Shown here: in pieces, positions 1-11,972 of the stretch
Position numbering within the stretch: position 1 is the first letter of the stretch
How the letters are laid out: the number at the start of each line of letters is the position of its first letter
Assembly: GCA_963717295.1 (NCBI GenBank)
Contig: OY970330.1
Location: forward strand, 5,227,717 to 5,291,716
Direction: 5' to 3'
DNA from: Thermoanaerobaculaceae bacterium
GTDB lineage: Bacteria; Acidobacteriota; Thermoanaerobaculia; Multivoradales; UBA5704
Length of the DNA stretch: 64,000 nucleotides
Position numbers and translations under genes: made by a program
Notes under the pieces: generated by a model
What the model was told of the DNA's origin: nothing
The model's input: only the letters and a program-made list of their open reading frames with translations
The model's database searches: none

Positions 1-513
1 CGCCGCGATCAGGCAGTGGTCGGTGATCAGCAGCAGCGAGTAGGCGCCCCGCACCTCGCCGAGCGCCAGCATGAACGACTCGACGAGATCCTGACGCGGG
101 TTGCGGGCCATCAGGTGGAGGATGACCTCGGTGTCGCTCGTGGTCTGGAAGATCGAGCCTTCCTGCTCCAGGCGCTCGCGGATCTCCGTGGGATTGACCA
201 GGTTGCCGTTGTGGACGATGCCCACCGGCCCCATGGAGGTCTTGACGACGATCGGCTGCGCATTGGCGACGACGCTCGAGCCGGCCGTCGAGTAGCGGGT
301 GTGGCCCAGGGCCCGGCGGCCGGGCAGCCGGGCGATGACCTTCTCCTTGAAGATGTCCGAGACGTGGCCCATCCCGCGCTCCAGATGGAGCTGGATGCCA
401 TCCCACGAGACGATACCAGCGCTCTCCTGCCCCCGGTGCTGGAGGGCGTAGAGGCCCAGGTACGTCAGATTGGACGCGTCGTCACAGCGGTCGATGCCGA
501 AGATTCCGCACAT
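1..513 (-). CDS. purF: amidophosphoribosyltransferase, first ~171 codons (gene runs off window start)
   Basis: Reverse complement of 511-513 is ATG. Translation MCGIFGIDRCDDASNLTYLGLYALQHRGQESAGIV...GHTRYSTAGSS matches the PurF class-II glutamine amidotransferase N-terminus. It is absent from the ORF track because there is no stop inside the window. Confidence 0.8.
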   Translation of the reverse strand, partial: MCGIFGIDRCDDASNLTYLGLYALQHRGQESAGIVSWDGIQLHLERGMGHVSDIFKEKVIARLPGRRALGHTRYSTAGSSVVANAQPIVVKTSMGPVGIVHNGNLVNPTEIRERLEQEGSIFQTTSDTEVILHLMARNPRQDLVESFMLALGEVRGAYSLLLITDHCLIAA

Positions 514-552
514 GGCTTTTCAAGTAACGAAAGTTAACGCTCCGAAATTCTT

Positions 553-2762
<2,210 letters not shown>

Positions 2763-2766
<4 letters not shown>

Positions 2767-3464
2767 CGCCCGGCCCCCACGCCGGCCTCGACGAGGCTCT
2801 CGAAGAGCGCCAGGCCGTCCGTGTTGCCCAGCACCGCCTCGGAGGCACGCTCCGGATGAGGCATCAGCCCCAGCACGTTGCCGGCCTGGTTGGCGATGCC
2901 CGCGATGTTGCGCGCGGCACCATTGGGGTTGCTCTCAGGAGTCACCCGGCCGTCCGGCTCGCAGTAGCGGAAGACCACCTGGCCGCCCGCCTCCAGCGCA
3001 TCCAGCCGCTCCGGCGAATCCTCGTAGTTCCCCTCGGCGTGGGCGATGGGCAGGCGCAGCACCCGCCCCGGCGCCAGCGTGCCGGTGAACGGCAGGTCCG
3101 TGCGCTCCGTCTTCAGATGGACGTCGAGGCACTGGAAGCGCAGGTTCTCGTTGCGCCGCATGGCGCCCGGCAGCAGGCCGGCCTCCAGCAGCACCTGGAA
3201 GCCGTTGCAGATGCCCAGCACCAGGCCGCCGGCCTCGGCGTGGCGCTTGACGGCGCCCATCACCGGCGACAGGGCGGCGAGGGCTCCGGCGCGCAGGTAG
3301 TCGCCGTAAGCGAAGCCGCCCGGCAGCACGATCAGCTCGCAGCCCTGAAGCGAGTCGTCCTGGTGCCACAGGAACGTGGCCTCCTGGTGCAGCACGTGCT
3401 TCCAGACGTGGTAGACGTCGTGGTCGCAGTTGCTGCCAGGGAAGACGACGACGCCGCATTTCAT
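2763..3464 (-). CDS. purQ: phosphoribosylformylglycinamidine synthase subunit PurQ (glutaminase)
   Basis: [16 protein letters not shown]...GICNGFQ...HPER glutamine amidotransferase motifs. True ATG is at 3462-3464 and the ORF-track N-extension is rejected. 4-bp overlap with purL. Confidence 0.9.
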
Positions 3465-3721
3465 GGCTTCACTCCCGCCTCGCCGAGGAGCTCCACCGAG
3501 TAGTCCTCGACCACGGTGTTGGCCAGCAGCTTCTCGCACATCTCGCGCAGCTGCCCTTCGGCGGCCTGGGCGTCGCCGGTGCCCAGCGAGATCTCGAAGC
3601 TCTTGCCGGCGCGGACGTCGTCGACGCCCGGGAAGCCGACGCGGGTGAGCGCGTCGCGGATCGCTTTGCCCTGGGGATCGAGGATCTCGCGGCGGGGATA
3701 GACCGTCACTCTTGCCTTCAC
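3461..3721 (-). CDS. purS: phosphoribosylformylglycinamidine synthase subunit PurS
   Basis: 86-aa ORF MKARVTVYPRREILDPQGKAIRDAL... typical of PurS. ATGA overlap with purQ. Confidence 0.85.
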   Translation of the reverse strand: MKARVTVYPRREILDPQGKAIRDALTRVGFPGVDDVRAGKSFEISLGTGDAQAAEGQLREMCEKLLANTVVEDYSVELLGEAGVKP

Positions 3722-3747
3722 GGTTCTTTAGACCTCCTGGACGTTAC

Positions 3748-4713
3748 CTAGACTTCGAGCCACGGCGTCGGGTGAAACTGCTCGGTCACCGCCAGCCGCG
3801 CGGAGCAGCCCTCCCGGTCCAGCGCCTCGCCGATCGCGGCGGCGGCCAGGGCGGGCAGGTTGTTGGTGCGGGAGAGGTGATAGAGGGCCACCCAGCTCAG
3901 CCGGCTCCCCATCAGCTCGGGGAGGCCTTCCGCGGCCTCCCGGTTCGACAGATGGCCATGGCGGCCGGCCACCCGCTGCTTCAGGCTCCAAGGATAGGGG
4001 CCGTTGCGCAGCATGTCGAGATCGTGGTTGGTCTCCAGCAGCAGGACGTCCAGGTCGCGCAGCCTTCCCCAGGCGAGGCTGGTGCGGCAGCCGATGTCGG
4101 CCACCAGGCCCAGGCGCCGGCCCGACGGGGTCTCCACCACGAAGCCCACGGGCTCGGCGGCGTCGTGCGGAATGAGGAACGGCTCGATGACGAACCCCGC
4201 CACCTCCCGCGGCTCCCCCGAGCGGATCACGATCGTGGACCGGAACCGGTCCTCCTTCAGGCCAGCGCCCTCGCGGGTGCCGGCGGTCGCCAGCACGGGG
4301 ACCTTGAACCGCTTGGCGAAGGCGTCCACTCCCCGGCAGTGATCCTGGTGCTCGTGGGTGAGGACCACGGCGGAGATGGTCTTGGGATCGATGTCGAGCA
4401 GGGCCATCCGCCGCACGATCTCCTTGCAGGAGAAGCCGGCGTCGATGAGGATGCGCCGGCCGCCGGACTCGACGACCACCGCGTTGCCGCCGCTGCCGGA
4501 GCCGAGGATGCCGACGCGCAGAGGCGATCCCCCTGGATCCGGCGCGGGCTTGGGGACGTACGGAGGTGGAGCGGATTCCGGCGGCGGGGGCGCGTGGGGC
4601 TCGGGCGGAGCGGCCTGGAGCTCATCCGAGGGATTGGGCGCGAAGAAGCTCTGCTGCCCTGCCGCCTCCAACTGCCGCCGGCGGCGGATGATCCTTTCCA
4701 GAGGGGACCCCAC
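3748..4713 (-). CDS. MBL-fold metallo-hydrolase with Pro-rich N-terminal extension
   Basis: VLTHEHQDH motif and later His/Asp ligands of the metallo-beta-lactamase fold (YycJ-like). Pro/Ala-rich first ~60 aa. Confidence 0.7.
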   Translation of the reverse strand: MGSPLERIIRRRRQLEAAGQQSFFAPNPSDELQAAPPEPHAPPPPESAPPPYVPKPAPDPGGSPLRVGILGSGSGGNAVVVESGGRRILIDAGFSCKEIVRRMALLDIDPKTISAVVLTHEHQDHCRGVDAFAKRFKVPVLATAGTREGAGLKEDRFRSTIVIRSGEPREVAGFVIEPFLIPHDAAEPVGFVVETPSGRRLGLVADIGCRTSLAWGRLRDLDVLLLETNHDLDMLRNGPYPWSLKQRVAGRHGHLSNREAAEGLPELMGSRLSWVALYHLSRTNNLPALAAAAIGEALDREGCSARLAVTEQFHPTPWLEV

Positions 4714-4757
4714 CCCCGAGAAAATACCACATTTTGTGGCCGGCCCTGAGCCCTAAG

Positions 4758-5519
4758 CTAGAACTTGTACTCGCGACCCTGCTCGAGAAAGGAGATGTCG
4801 GGGTTGCGCAGCAGCCCGATCTCCTCCTTGATCTTCTCGACGCAGGGGGGCTTCAGATGGTGGATGAGGATGGGGACCCGCTTCTGCAGCTTCCTCAGCT
4901 CGATCTCCAGGGTGCGGGGGGTCAGGTGCAGGGAGACGTCCGCCACCTGCTGCAGGGAGTTGTCGAAGCTGGTGTCGATGCAGAGGGCCTTCAGGTTCGG
5001 GGTGCGGTTGGCGATCTCCCAGAAGCGCTGCGTGGGCCCGGTATCGCTCGACCACAGCACCGCGGCGCCGTTCTGCTCGATGAGAAAGCCATGGGTGGGC
5101 ACCAGGTGGTCCACCGGGATGGGGGTGAACTTGACGCCGTCGATCACCACCGGCACCTCGCTCTCGAGCTCCAGGAAGCGCACCGCCGGCAGCAGGTGGT
5201 TGGGCAGGCGGGTGAAGTCCGGCCAGGTGGCGTTGTTGAACAGGTACTTGCGCAGAGCGTAGACCGTGGGGGACGAAGCGTAGATGTCGATCGCCCCAAC
5301 GCTCCGGCCGAAGACGTTCTCGATGAAGAACGGCAACGAGTTGGTGTGGTCCATGTGCGAGTGGCTGAGAAGGATGGAATGCACCCCCACCTGCCGCTCG
5401 ATGGAGAGGGACTGGGAGAGCGATCCGGCGTCCAGTGCGATCGTGCCGTTGATCAGCAGGCAGGTCATCCTGCACTCCAGGCTCTCGCCGCCGTAGCCCC
5501 CTAGCACCTGGATCAGCAT
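4758..5519 (-). CDS. MBL-fold hydrolase, class-II cyclic-nucleotide phosphodiesterase-like
   Basis: LSHSHMDH motif plus downstream His/Asp residues. 253 aa. Confidence 0.7.
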   Translation of the reverse strand: MLIQVLGGYGGESLECRMTCLLINGTIALDAGSLSQSLSIERQVGVHSILLSHSHMDHTNSLPFFIENVFGRSVGAIDIYASSPTVYALRKYLFNNATWPDFTRLPNHLLPAVRFLELESEVPVVIDGVKFTPIPVDHLVPTHGFLIEQNGAAVLWSSDTGPTQRFWEIANRTPNLKALCIDTSFDNSLQQVADVSLHLTPRTLEIELRKLQKRVPILIHHLKPPCVEKIKEEIGLLRNPDISFLEQGREYKF

Positions 5520-5591
5520 ATATAGAAACAGGATTGTATCTCTCGCCTGCCCGAGGAAACAAGCGCGGCGGCGGGAGACGGCGGGAGACGC

Positions 5592-5615
5592 CCCCTCTCT
5601 TTTGCGAGAGAGGGG
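5592..5615 (-). terminator. stem-loop ccccctctct-tttgcg-agagagggg downstream of the PAP2 gene
   Basis: Perfect 9-bp stem just after the 5635 stop of the minus-strand gene. Preceded by tandem ggcgggagac x2. Confidence 0.45.
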
Positions 5616-5634
5616 ACGAATTCTTGCGAGCGGC

Positions 5635-7248
5635 TTACGGGCAGGAGAACGCCGAGGTGTCCTGCACCGGCGTGTAGGCCTGACCCTTCGGGTTGAAGTA
5701 GGTACGCGTTTCGCCGGTCTGGGTGTCGGTCACCCGGAGCACGACCTCGACGTCGGTGAGGCCGCTGGCGAACACCCAGAAGTGATTGTTGACGGCGCAG
5801 CCATTCAGCACCTTCACCGACAGCTCGATGTTGTCGGGGCTGAAGAACCAGAACTGGCCGAAGTTGTTCGTCTCCGGCAGGGCGTGGCCGGGAGCCGAGC
5901 CGCTCTCGATTCCGATGAACGTACGCCAGACGGACTGCACCTTGAACCGGCTGTTGTCGAGGCACAACGCGGACGGGGTCTGGACGCAGGCGCCGGGGGC
6001 CGTGACCGGCGTCAGGTTGTTGTAGAAGATCTGCTCGCCCAGGGAACGGCCGGTGGCCTGACCCGCCGAGTTGTCGAACTGCCAGTGGATGCCGCCGAAA
6101 ATCCGGCTCTGCCCCGCCTCCAGGGCTGCCTGCGTGAAGCTGGTGTAGGAACGCTGGACGCCCGGCAGCCCGTCCGAGGTGCTGGTGAAGTTGAACAGGT
6201 CGTTGCCGAAGAACAGGCCCAGAACACGCGCCGCCGCCGCGCTGAAAACGCTATGCCCCGAGAAGTAGGAGGGGTGGTTGGGCGTCGAGAGCAGCGGCGT
6301 CCAGGTGGTGTCGGGAGCGGTGTTGGGGTTGCCGTCCAAGTCCGCCTCGCGGATGCCGGTGATGGGCCGCCAGAAGTTGTAATAGTACTTGGCCTGCCAG
6401 GCGGCGGTGGCGGCGTCGGCCTCCGCGATTCCCAGCAAGGCGAAGAGGCGGGCGTTCTGGATCAGGCTCAGATTCTGGGAGAGCGCGACGCCGCGGGCAA
6501 TGAGGAACCAGTGTCCGGGCGGGGTGGCGGTGCCGCCGCCGTCGGCCCAGAAGAGAGCGGTCTGCGTCTGGTCCGCCGTGCGGGCGGCGCTATCCGACTT
6601 ACCCACCAACTTCACCTCGTTGAAGGCGGCCTCGTAGGCCGCCGAGGCCGGCGGCGGGGGCGGCGCGGGCCGAAAGCGCGTGAGGTCGTCGACGCCCCAG
6701 GCCGTGACCGCCGGCCAGCCGGGAAGCAGCGGCTCGGCAAACCCCGGAGGCGTCTTCACCCACCACAGCGCCCCGGTCGGGAAATTGCCCGTGGCCACGT
6801 CGCCCGAGTGGTCGTTGGCGCGCAGGGCCAGAATCTGGGCGGCCACCGTTTCGCCCCAGGTGACGCCCAGGGTCTTGGCCGCGCCGGGAGGAATGGAGCT
6901 CAGCGAGGTCGTGTACTCGCCGTCGAGAAACGTCTGTTGAGCCGGGAAAAGGGTCACCAGGACTTTGTGGGCGGCGGCGGCGGCGGCGGCCTCCGGCGAA
7001 GCGCCGGACGGCGCCGTAGCCGTAACGAAGTAGGGGGTGTATCCGCCGACGATGCCGTTGACGGCGTCGAAGACCGCGACGTGGACGAGAGCCAGGGTCC
7101 GGCCTGCCTTGGGCGGCGCCGTCCTGTCCGTCCGGATGCTTCCTGCCGTGAGGTTGACCCAGTCGGTGATGACGTCAGCGCGGACGGGCCCGGCGACGCC
7201 GAGCAGGGCCGCGGCACAGAGCCCCGAAATGATGATTTTACGTAGCAT
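5635..7248 (-). CDS. secreted PAP2 / vanadium-dependent haloperoxidase-like protein with extra C-terminal beta-domain
   Basis: Signal peptide. PAP2 motifs K-x6-RP (KYYYNFWRP), PSGH (YFSGHS) and SR-x5-H-x3-D (SRIFGGIHWQFD). Extra ~120-aa C-terminal domain (RFKVQSVW...FWFF...VKVLNGC). Confidence 0.75.
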   Translation of the reverse strand: MLRKIIISGLCAAALLGVAGPVRADVITDWVNLTAGSIRTDRTAPPKAGRTLALVHVAVFDAVNGIVGGYTPYFVTATAPSGASPEAAAAAAAHKVLVTLFPAQQTFLDGEYTTSLSSIPPGAAKTLGVTWGETVAAQILALRANDHSGDVATGNFPTGALWWVKTPPGFAEPLLPGWPAVTAWGVDDLTRFRPAPPPPPASAAYEAAFNEVKLVGKSDSAARTADQTQTALFWADGGGTATPPGHWFLIARGVALSQNLSLIQNARLFALLGIAEADAATAAWQAKYYYNFWRPITGIREADLDGNPNTAPDTTWTPLLSTPNHPSYFSGHSVFSAAAARVLGLFFGNDLFNFTSTSDGLPGVQRSYTSFTQAALEAGQSRIFGGIHWQFDNSAGQATGRSLGEQIFYNNLTPVTAPGACVQTPSALCLDNSRFKVQSVWRTFIGIESGSAPGHALPETNNFGQFWFFSPDNIELSVKVLNGCAVNNHFWVFASGLTDVEVVLRVTDTQTGETRTYFNPKGQAYTPVQDTSAFSCP

Positions 7249-7395
7249 TTGATCCCTCTCTTCTAAGACTATGGGAACGAATTCCCCCTCCGAGATGCGG
7301 GGAAGGGCTAACTACTGTTGAAACGCTTCACAAGAATACAAGATGAAGCCCTGTCACACCAGAGGAGAGAGCCGGAAAGCCCGGTGGAGCGGGCT

Positions 7396-8013
7396 TCAGC
7401 CGTGAACCGTGGGGGAGACGCCCAAGCCCCGCGCGAGCTTGGCCTCGAGCTCGCGCCAGCCGAGGAAGCGCGCGGCGAGCGCCTCGGCCTCGACCTCGCG
7501 GCCGGCGAGCTTGTAGAAGAGCTCCCAGTGGCGGCGTTCCGCGGGGCCGAGATCGGCGAGGAGGCTCGCGACCTCCGGATCCTCGACGACCTCCAGGAGC
7601 CGGGTGAACCGCTCGCAGCTCCGCGCCTCGACGAGAGCGCCGAAAAGCAGGCGGTCGACCTTCGTCCAGGCATCCCGCCCGACAATCCGGTCTCTCAGGC
7701 TCTGGACCCAGGGATTCTTCCGCCGTCCCCCGAGCGGCCACCCCCGCTGCTTCAGGATCGCCACCACCCGCCGGAAGTGCTGCACCTCCTCGGCCGCCAG
7801 AGCCGCCACCCGTTCGACAAGCTCGAAATCCTGGGGGTAGTAGCTGGCGAGCGACAGGGCATAGATCGCCACTTGCTGCTCGCACACCGCGTGATCGGCA
7901 AGGAACTCCGGAAGGTTCGCCGCCGCCAGCTCCGCCCACGAGCGAGGCGTCGGATGAAGGAGGGGAAGAGCGGCGTAGACCTCTTCATAGCCGGTTGGCT
8001 CGGGAAAGTTCAT
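7396..8013 (-). CDS. miaE: tRNA-(ms2io6A)-hydroxylase MiaE (ferritin-like di-iron)
   Basis: MNFPEPTGY...FLADHAVCEQQVAIYALSLASYYP...EEVQHFRRV matches the MiaE pattern. True ATG at 8011-8013. The 381-aa ORF-track version is a spurious upstream extension. Confidence 0.7.
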   Translation of the reverse strand: MNFPEPTGYEEVYAALPLLHPTPRSWAELAAANLPEFLADHAVCEQQVAIYALSLASYYPQDFELVERVAALAAEEVQHFRRVVAILKQRGWPLGGRRKNPWVQSLRDRIVGRDAWTKVDRLLFGALVEARSCERFTRLLEVVEDPEVASLLADLGPAERRHWELFYKLAGREVEAEALAARFLGWRELEAKLARGLGVSPTVHG

Positions 8014-8030
8014 AGATCGACCGCCGCCCC

Positions 8031-8890
8031 CTACCGCAACCAATCCTCCAACTGCACCCGCACGTCCGTCGAAGCGTCGCGATACTTGACGATCACCGGG
8101 GTGTAGAGGGAGAGCCCCCAGTCCTTCCCCGCTCCCTTGGTCACCGCCCGGGAGCCGGGCACCACGACCGCCTCCTCGGGAATCACCAGCGGCTGATCGT
8201 CCGTGGCCCTGTGGATGGTCTCGCGGACGAGATCGTAGACGGGGGTCGAGCGGGTGAGGATGGTGCCGGCTCCCAGGACGGCTCGGCGCTTCACGACCGT
8301 CCCTTCGTAAACGCCGCAGTTGCCGCCGATCAGAACGTCGTCCTCGACGATCACCGGCGAGGCGCCCACCGGCTCCAGCACTCCGCCGAGCTGCGCGGCG
8401 GCGGAAAGGTGGACGCGCTGGCCGACCTGGGCGCAGCTCCCCACCAGGGCGTGCGAGTCGACCAGCGTGCCGTCGCCCACCCAGGCGCCGGCGTTGATGT
8501 ACATGGGCGGCATGCAGATCACTCCGCGGCCCAGATAGCACCCGTCACGGATCGACGAGCCGCCTGGCACCACCCGCACGCCATCGCCCACCACCAGCGG
8601 CCGGGGAGGATAGGTCGCCTTGTCGAGGAATGGCAGGCGCACACCCGTCTCGCTGCTCCAACGGACATGTCCACGATCTCGCCCATGCGGAAACCGATGA
8701 GGATCCCCTGCTTCACCCACGGGTTCACCCGCCAGCCCGTGGGAGAGCCCGCATCCGGCTCGGCGGCGCGGATCTCGCCGCGGTTGAGCGCCTGCTTGAA
8801 GTGCTCGAAGAGAGTGCGCTCCTCCAGGCCGTAGGCGGCCGGCGGCTCGGCGTAGAGGCGCTCAATGTCCGCCTGCAGATCAGACGGCAA
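8031..8890 (-). pseudogene. dapD: 2,3,4,5-tetrahydropyridine-2,6-dicarboxylate N-succinyltransferase, frameshifted
   Basis: N-terminal part [17 protein letters not shown]...[11 protein letters not shown] is in one frame (8890 down to ~8665). The hexapeptide-repeat C-terminal part (...[11 protein letters not shown]...[11 protein letters not shown]...) is in another frame. The two meet at ~8655-8670. Confidence 0.7.
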
Positions 8891-9821
8891 GCCGGGCCTC
8901 CGCCTCCAGCGACTCGGACTCAGGGCTCTCGGGGATCAATCCCAGATTCAGGAGGATCTTCTCGATCTTCGCCACACTCTCCGCCTTGGGGAAGACCGCC
9001 GGCAGCCGGAGGACCGGCTCGATCAGCCCCATGAGCCCGAGAGCCGCCTTCACCGGACCGGGATTGGACTCTACGAAGTTGATCTCCATCAGCGGGATGA
9101 AGCCGGCGCTGCATCTCGCGCGCGGCCGGGAAATCCCCTTCCAGGCAGAGCGAGGTCAGCCGCGCCATGGCGTAAGGGCACCTCGTTGGAGACCACCGAG
9201 ATGATGCCGACGCCCCCCAGGGCGATCAACGGCAGCGTGATGGCGTCGTCGCCGGAAAGCACCGCGAAGCTCTCGGGCACCGCCTGGAAGATGGCCGCGA
9301 TCTGGGAGATGTTCCCCGACGCCTCCTTCACGCCGACCACCGTCTCGATCTCGGCCAGCCGCTCCAGCGTCGCCGGATCGACGTTCATGCCGGTGCGGCC
9401 GGGCACGTTGTAGACGATGATCGGCAGCCGCGTGGCCTTGGCCACCTCGCGGTAGTGCTGATAGAGCCCCTCGGGCGTGGGCTTGTTGTAGTACGGAGTG
9501 ACGACCAGCAGGCCGTCCGCCCCCAGCCCTTCGAGGTCGCGGGCGAGCTCGACCACCTCGCGGGTGTTGTTGCCGCCGCAGCCGGCGAGCACGGGAGTCT
9601 TGCCCTTGCGCCTCTTCCAGGGTGATCTCGACCACCCGCAGATGCTCCTCGCGGGTGAGAGTGGGGTTCTCGCCCGTGGTGCCGCAGGGGACGAGGAAGT
9701 GGATGCCGGCCTCGATCTGGCGGCGCACCAGACGGCGCAGGGCCTCTTCGTCGAGCGAGAGGTCGGACCGGAACGGAGTGACCAGCGCGGTGCCGCATCC
9801 TTGAAACATGGTTGTCTCCAT
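8880..9821 (-). pseudogene. dapA: 4-hydroxy-tetrahydrodipicolinate synthase, split over three frames
   Basis: N-term (FQGCGTALVTPF...VPCGTTGE), middle (AGCGGNNTREVVELARDLE...YNVPGRTG) and C-term (ESNPGPVKAALGLMGL...) segments are each recognisable but lie in different frames. At least 2 frameshifts. Confidence 0.7.
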
Positions 9822-9860
9822 GACGCGCCCGGTGGAAGGAGAGTGCGGCGCGCGTCCGAA

Positions 9861-10584
9861 TCATTCTAAGCCGGTTCGCCGGACGATCTGTTCCCAAACC
9901 TCGCTGAACTCGTAGAAACCCTCGCGTCCGATCATCCAGCGGGCGGCGCGCAGGGCGCCGTGGGCGAAGCCGGCCCGGCTGCGGGCGCGGTGCTCCAGGG
10001 TGATCGTGTCCGCCTCGGAGTCGAAGCCGATCTGGTGCGTGCCCGGGATCGATCCCGCCCGGTTGCTGGCGACGTCGATGGGCCGCGACTACCCCGCCTC
10101 CTCCATCACCCTCTTGATCTCCAGCAGCGTGCCCGAAGGGGCGTCCTTCTTCTTGCTGTGATGGATCTCGTAGGCCCAGGCGTCGTAGGCCGTCTCCTGG
10201 GCCAGCAGGCGCGCCGCGGCCGCGGCGAGGCGGTAGAAGACCATGCACGCCGACCGAGAAGTTGGCGCCATGGAGCAGGCGCGCCGTCGCAACGTTCGAC
10301 CGCCTCCCGCACCGCGGCCAGCTGTCCTGCCAGCCGGTCGTGCCCACCACCAGGGGTACGCCCGAGCGCGGCGAGCCGCTCGGCGTTGGCCGGCAACGGC
10401 GCCGGCGACCGAGAAGTCGATCGCGACATCGACCCCCTCGAAGCGCTCCGCCGTGATGCCCGCTCCCCCGGCGTTGTCCGCCCCCGCGAGCCGCACCACC
10501 ACCTTGAAACCGTGCGCCGGAGCGAGCTGCTCGACGAAGCTTTCCCATCTGGCCGTAGCCGATCAGAGCGAGACGTCGCTTCAT
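9861..10584 (-). pseudogene. dapB: 4-hydroxy-tetrahydrodipicolinate reductase, at least 4 frameshifts
   Basis: MKRRLALIGYGQMGK / ITAERFEGVDVAIDFS / VPLVVGTTGW...GANFSVGV / YEIHHSKKKDAPSGT / SIPGTHQIGFDSEADTITLEHRARSRAGFAHGALRAARW are all found, but they alternate between frames. Stop at 9861-9863. Confidence 0.7.
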
Positions 10585-10599
10585 TCCACCACCTCATCA

Positions 10600-11965
10600 A
10601 TGTCCACCACGGAAGAAGCTCCTCGTGGAGGGCCGCGACCAACTCGGGGAGATCCTCCTCGTCGGCCAGCAGGCGGACGGTCGGAGCGGCGACACCTTGC
10701 AACACCAGCCGCGGCTCGAAACCGGCGCCCGCGGCGAGAGCCCGCTCCACCAGCTCCGGCGACGTCGCGAAATCCTCCGAGACCAGCGACACGACGCACC
10801 GGCCGCGATGGTCATCCAGACCTCGGCGGAGCTGCCCACGGCCGCCAGCAGCGCCGCGTGGACGTCGGAGAGCCGGTCCTCCGATCGAGAGCGAGCTCGC
10901 CCTTCGGCGTCGAGCGTCAGGAGTGCCGGCCGGAAACGCTCGCAGACCTCCTCGAGGCTCGGCGAACAGCCCTTCCCCATCCTTGGAATCCGTGGCGAGC
11001 GCGGAGATCGAGATGCGCGTTGGACCGGCAGGCGATCGACTTGACGACCGGCGGCGCCTCCGGATCGCGGCGGCCGATGATCGTGCCCTCCGCCTCCGGA
11101 TGCCGGGAGTCCAGAATGCGGATCGGGACGTTCGCCCGGCTGGCCGGCCCCAGCGTGCCGTAGTGCGGCTTCTTGGACCCCGAGCAGGAGAGCTCCAGCG
11201 CCTCGGCGAACGAGAGCGTGCGCACCCGCCGGGCTCCCGGGTAGAGCCGGCGGATCGGCGGTGCGCATGCCGTCCACGTCGGTCCAGATCTGCACCTCCT
11301 CCGCGCCCAGGGCGGCGCCGACGATGGCGGCGGAGAAGTCCGAACCCTCCTTGCCGAGCGTCGTGGTCACCCCCTGGAGATTGGCGCCGACATAGCCGCC
11401 CACCACCGGCACCGTACCCTGCGCGCAGCAGCGGCAGCAGGGCCGAGCGCATGCGGGCGTTCGTCGGGCCGTAGATCGGCCGGGCGCGGGTGAAATCGTC
11501 GTCCGTCACCATCACCCGCCGGCAGTCCACCCAGGAGGAGTCGATGCCGGCGTGAGAGAGAGCGAACGAGAGAATGGCGCTCGCCAGCAGCTCGCCGTAG
11601 CCCGCGATCGTATCGGCCGCCTTGGGCGAGAGCGAACGGGCCGCCATGATCTCGTCGAGCCGCGTCCGCAGCTCGTTGAACCACGGATCGAGCATCGCAT
11701 CCAGAGCCGGCCGGCCCCCGGGAGGCACCACGGCATAGGCCTCGCGCCGGTGATACAGCTCGATCTGATCGAAGGCGGAATGGACCCTCTCCGCATCCCC
11801 CGCGGCCGCCGCGGCGGCGCCCGCCAGGAGATTGCGCGTCGTCAGCGCCATCGCCGACACCACCACCACTGGCTGGCGCTCCTGCCGGCCGCGGATGATC
11901 CCGCGCACCCGGCCGATCGCCTCGGCATCGTTGACCGAGCTGCCGCCGAACTTCATGACGATCAT
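10600..11965 (-). pseudogene. lysC: aspartate kinase, multiply frameshifted
   Basis: MIVMKFGGSSV N-terminus at 11965. The VVGGYVGA..TTLGKEGSDFSAAIVGAALGAEEVQIWTDVDG, LSFAEALELS...NVPIRIL and ACT-domain pieces lie in different frames. The exact 3' end near 10600 is uncertain. Confidence 0.6.
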
Positions 11966-11972
11966 GGGAGGG

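Noticed and set aside
16-537. 173-aa plus-strand ORF at the window start
   Set aside because: It is antisense to the clearly recognisable purF N-terminus (MCGIFG...) on the minus strand.
7396-8541. 381-aa ORF-track version of miaE (and similar N-terminal extensions of asd, mnmA, yvcK-like, purQ, the sulfite-oxidase-like gene and the ECF sigma)
   Set aside because: The extensions are Arg/Gly-rich nonsense upstream of a clear internal ATG with conserved N-terminal sequence. Several ORF-track starts are TTG/GTG codons merely labelled M.
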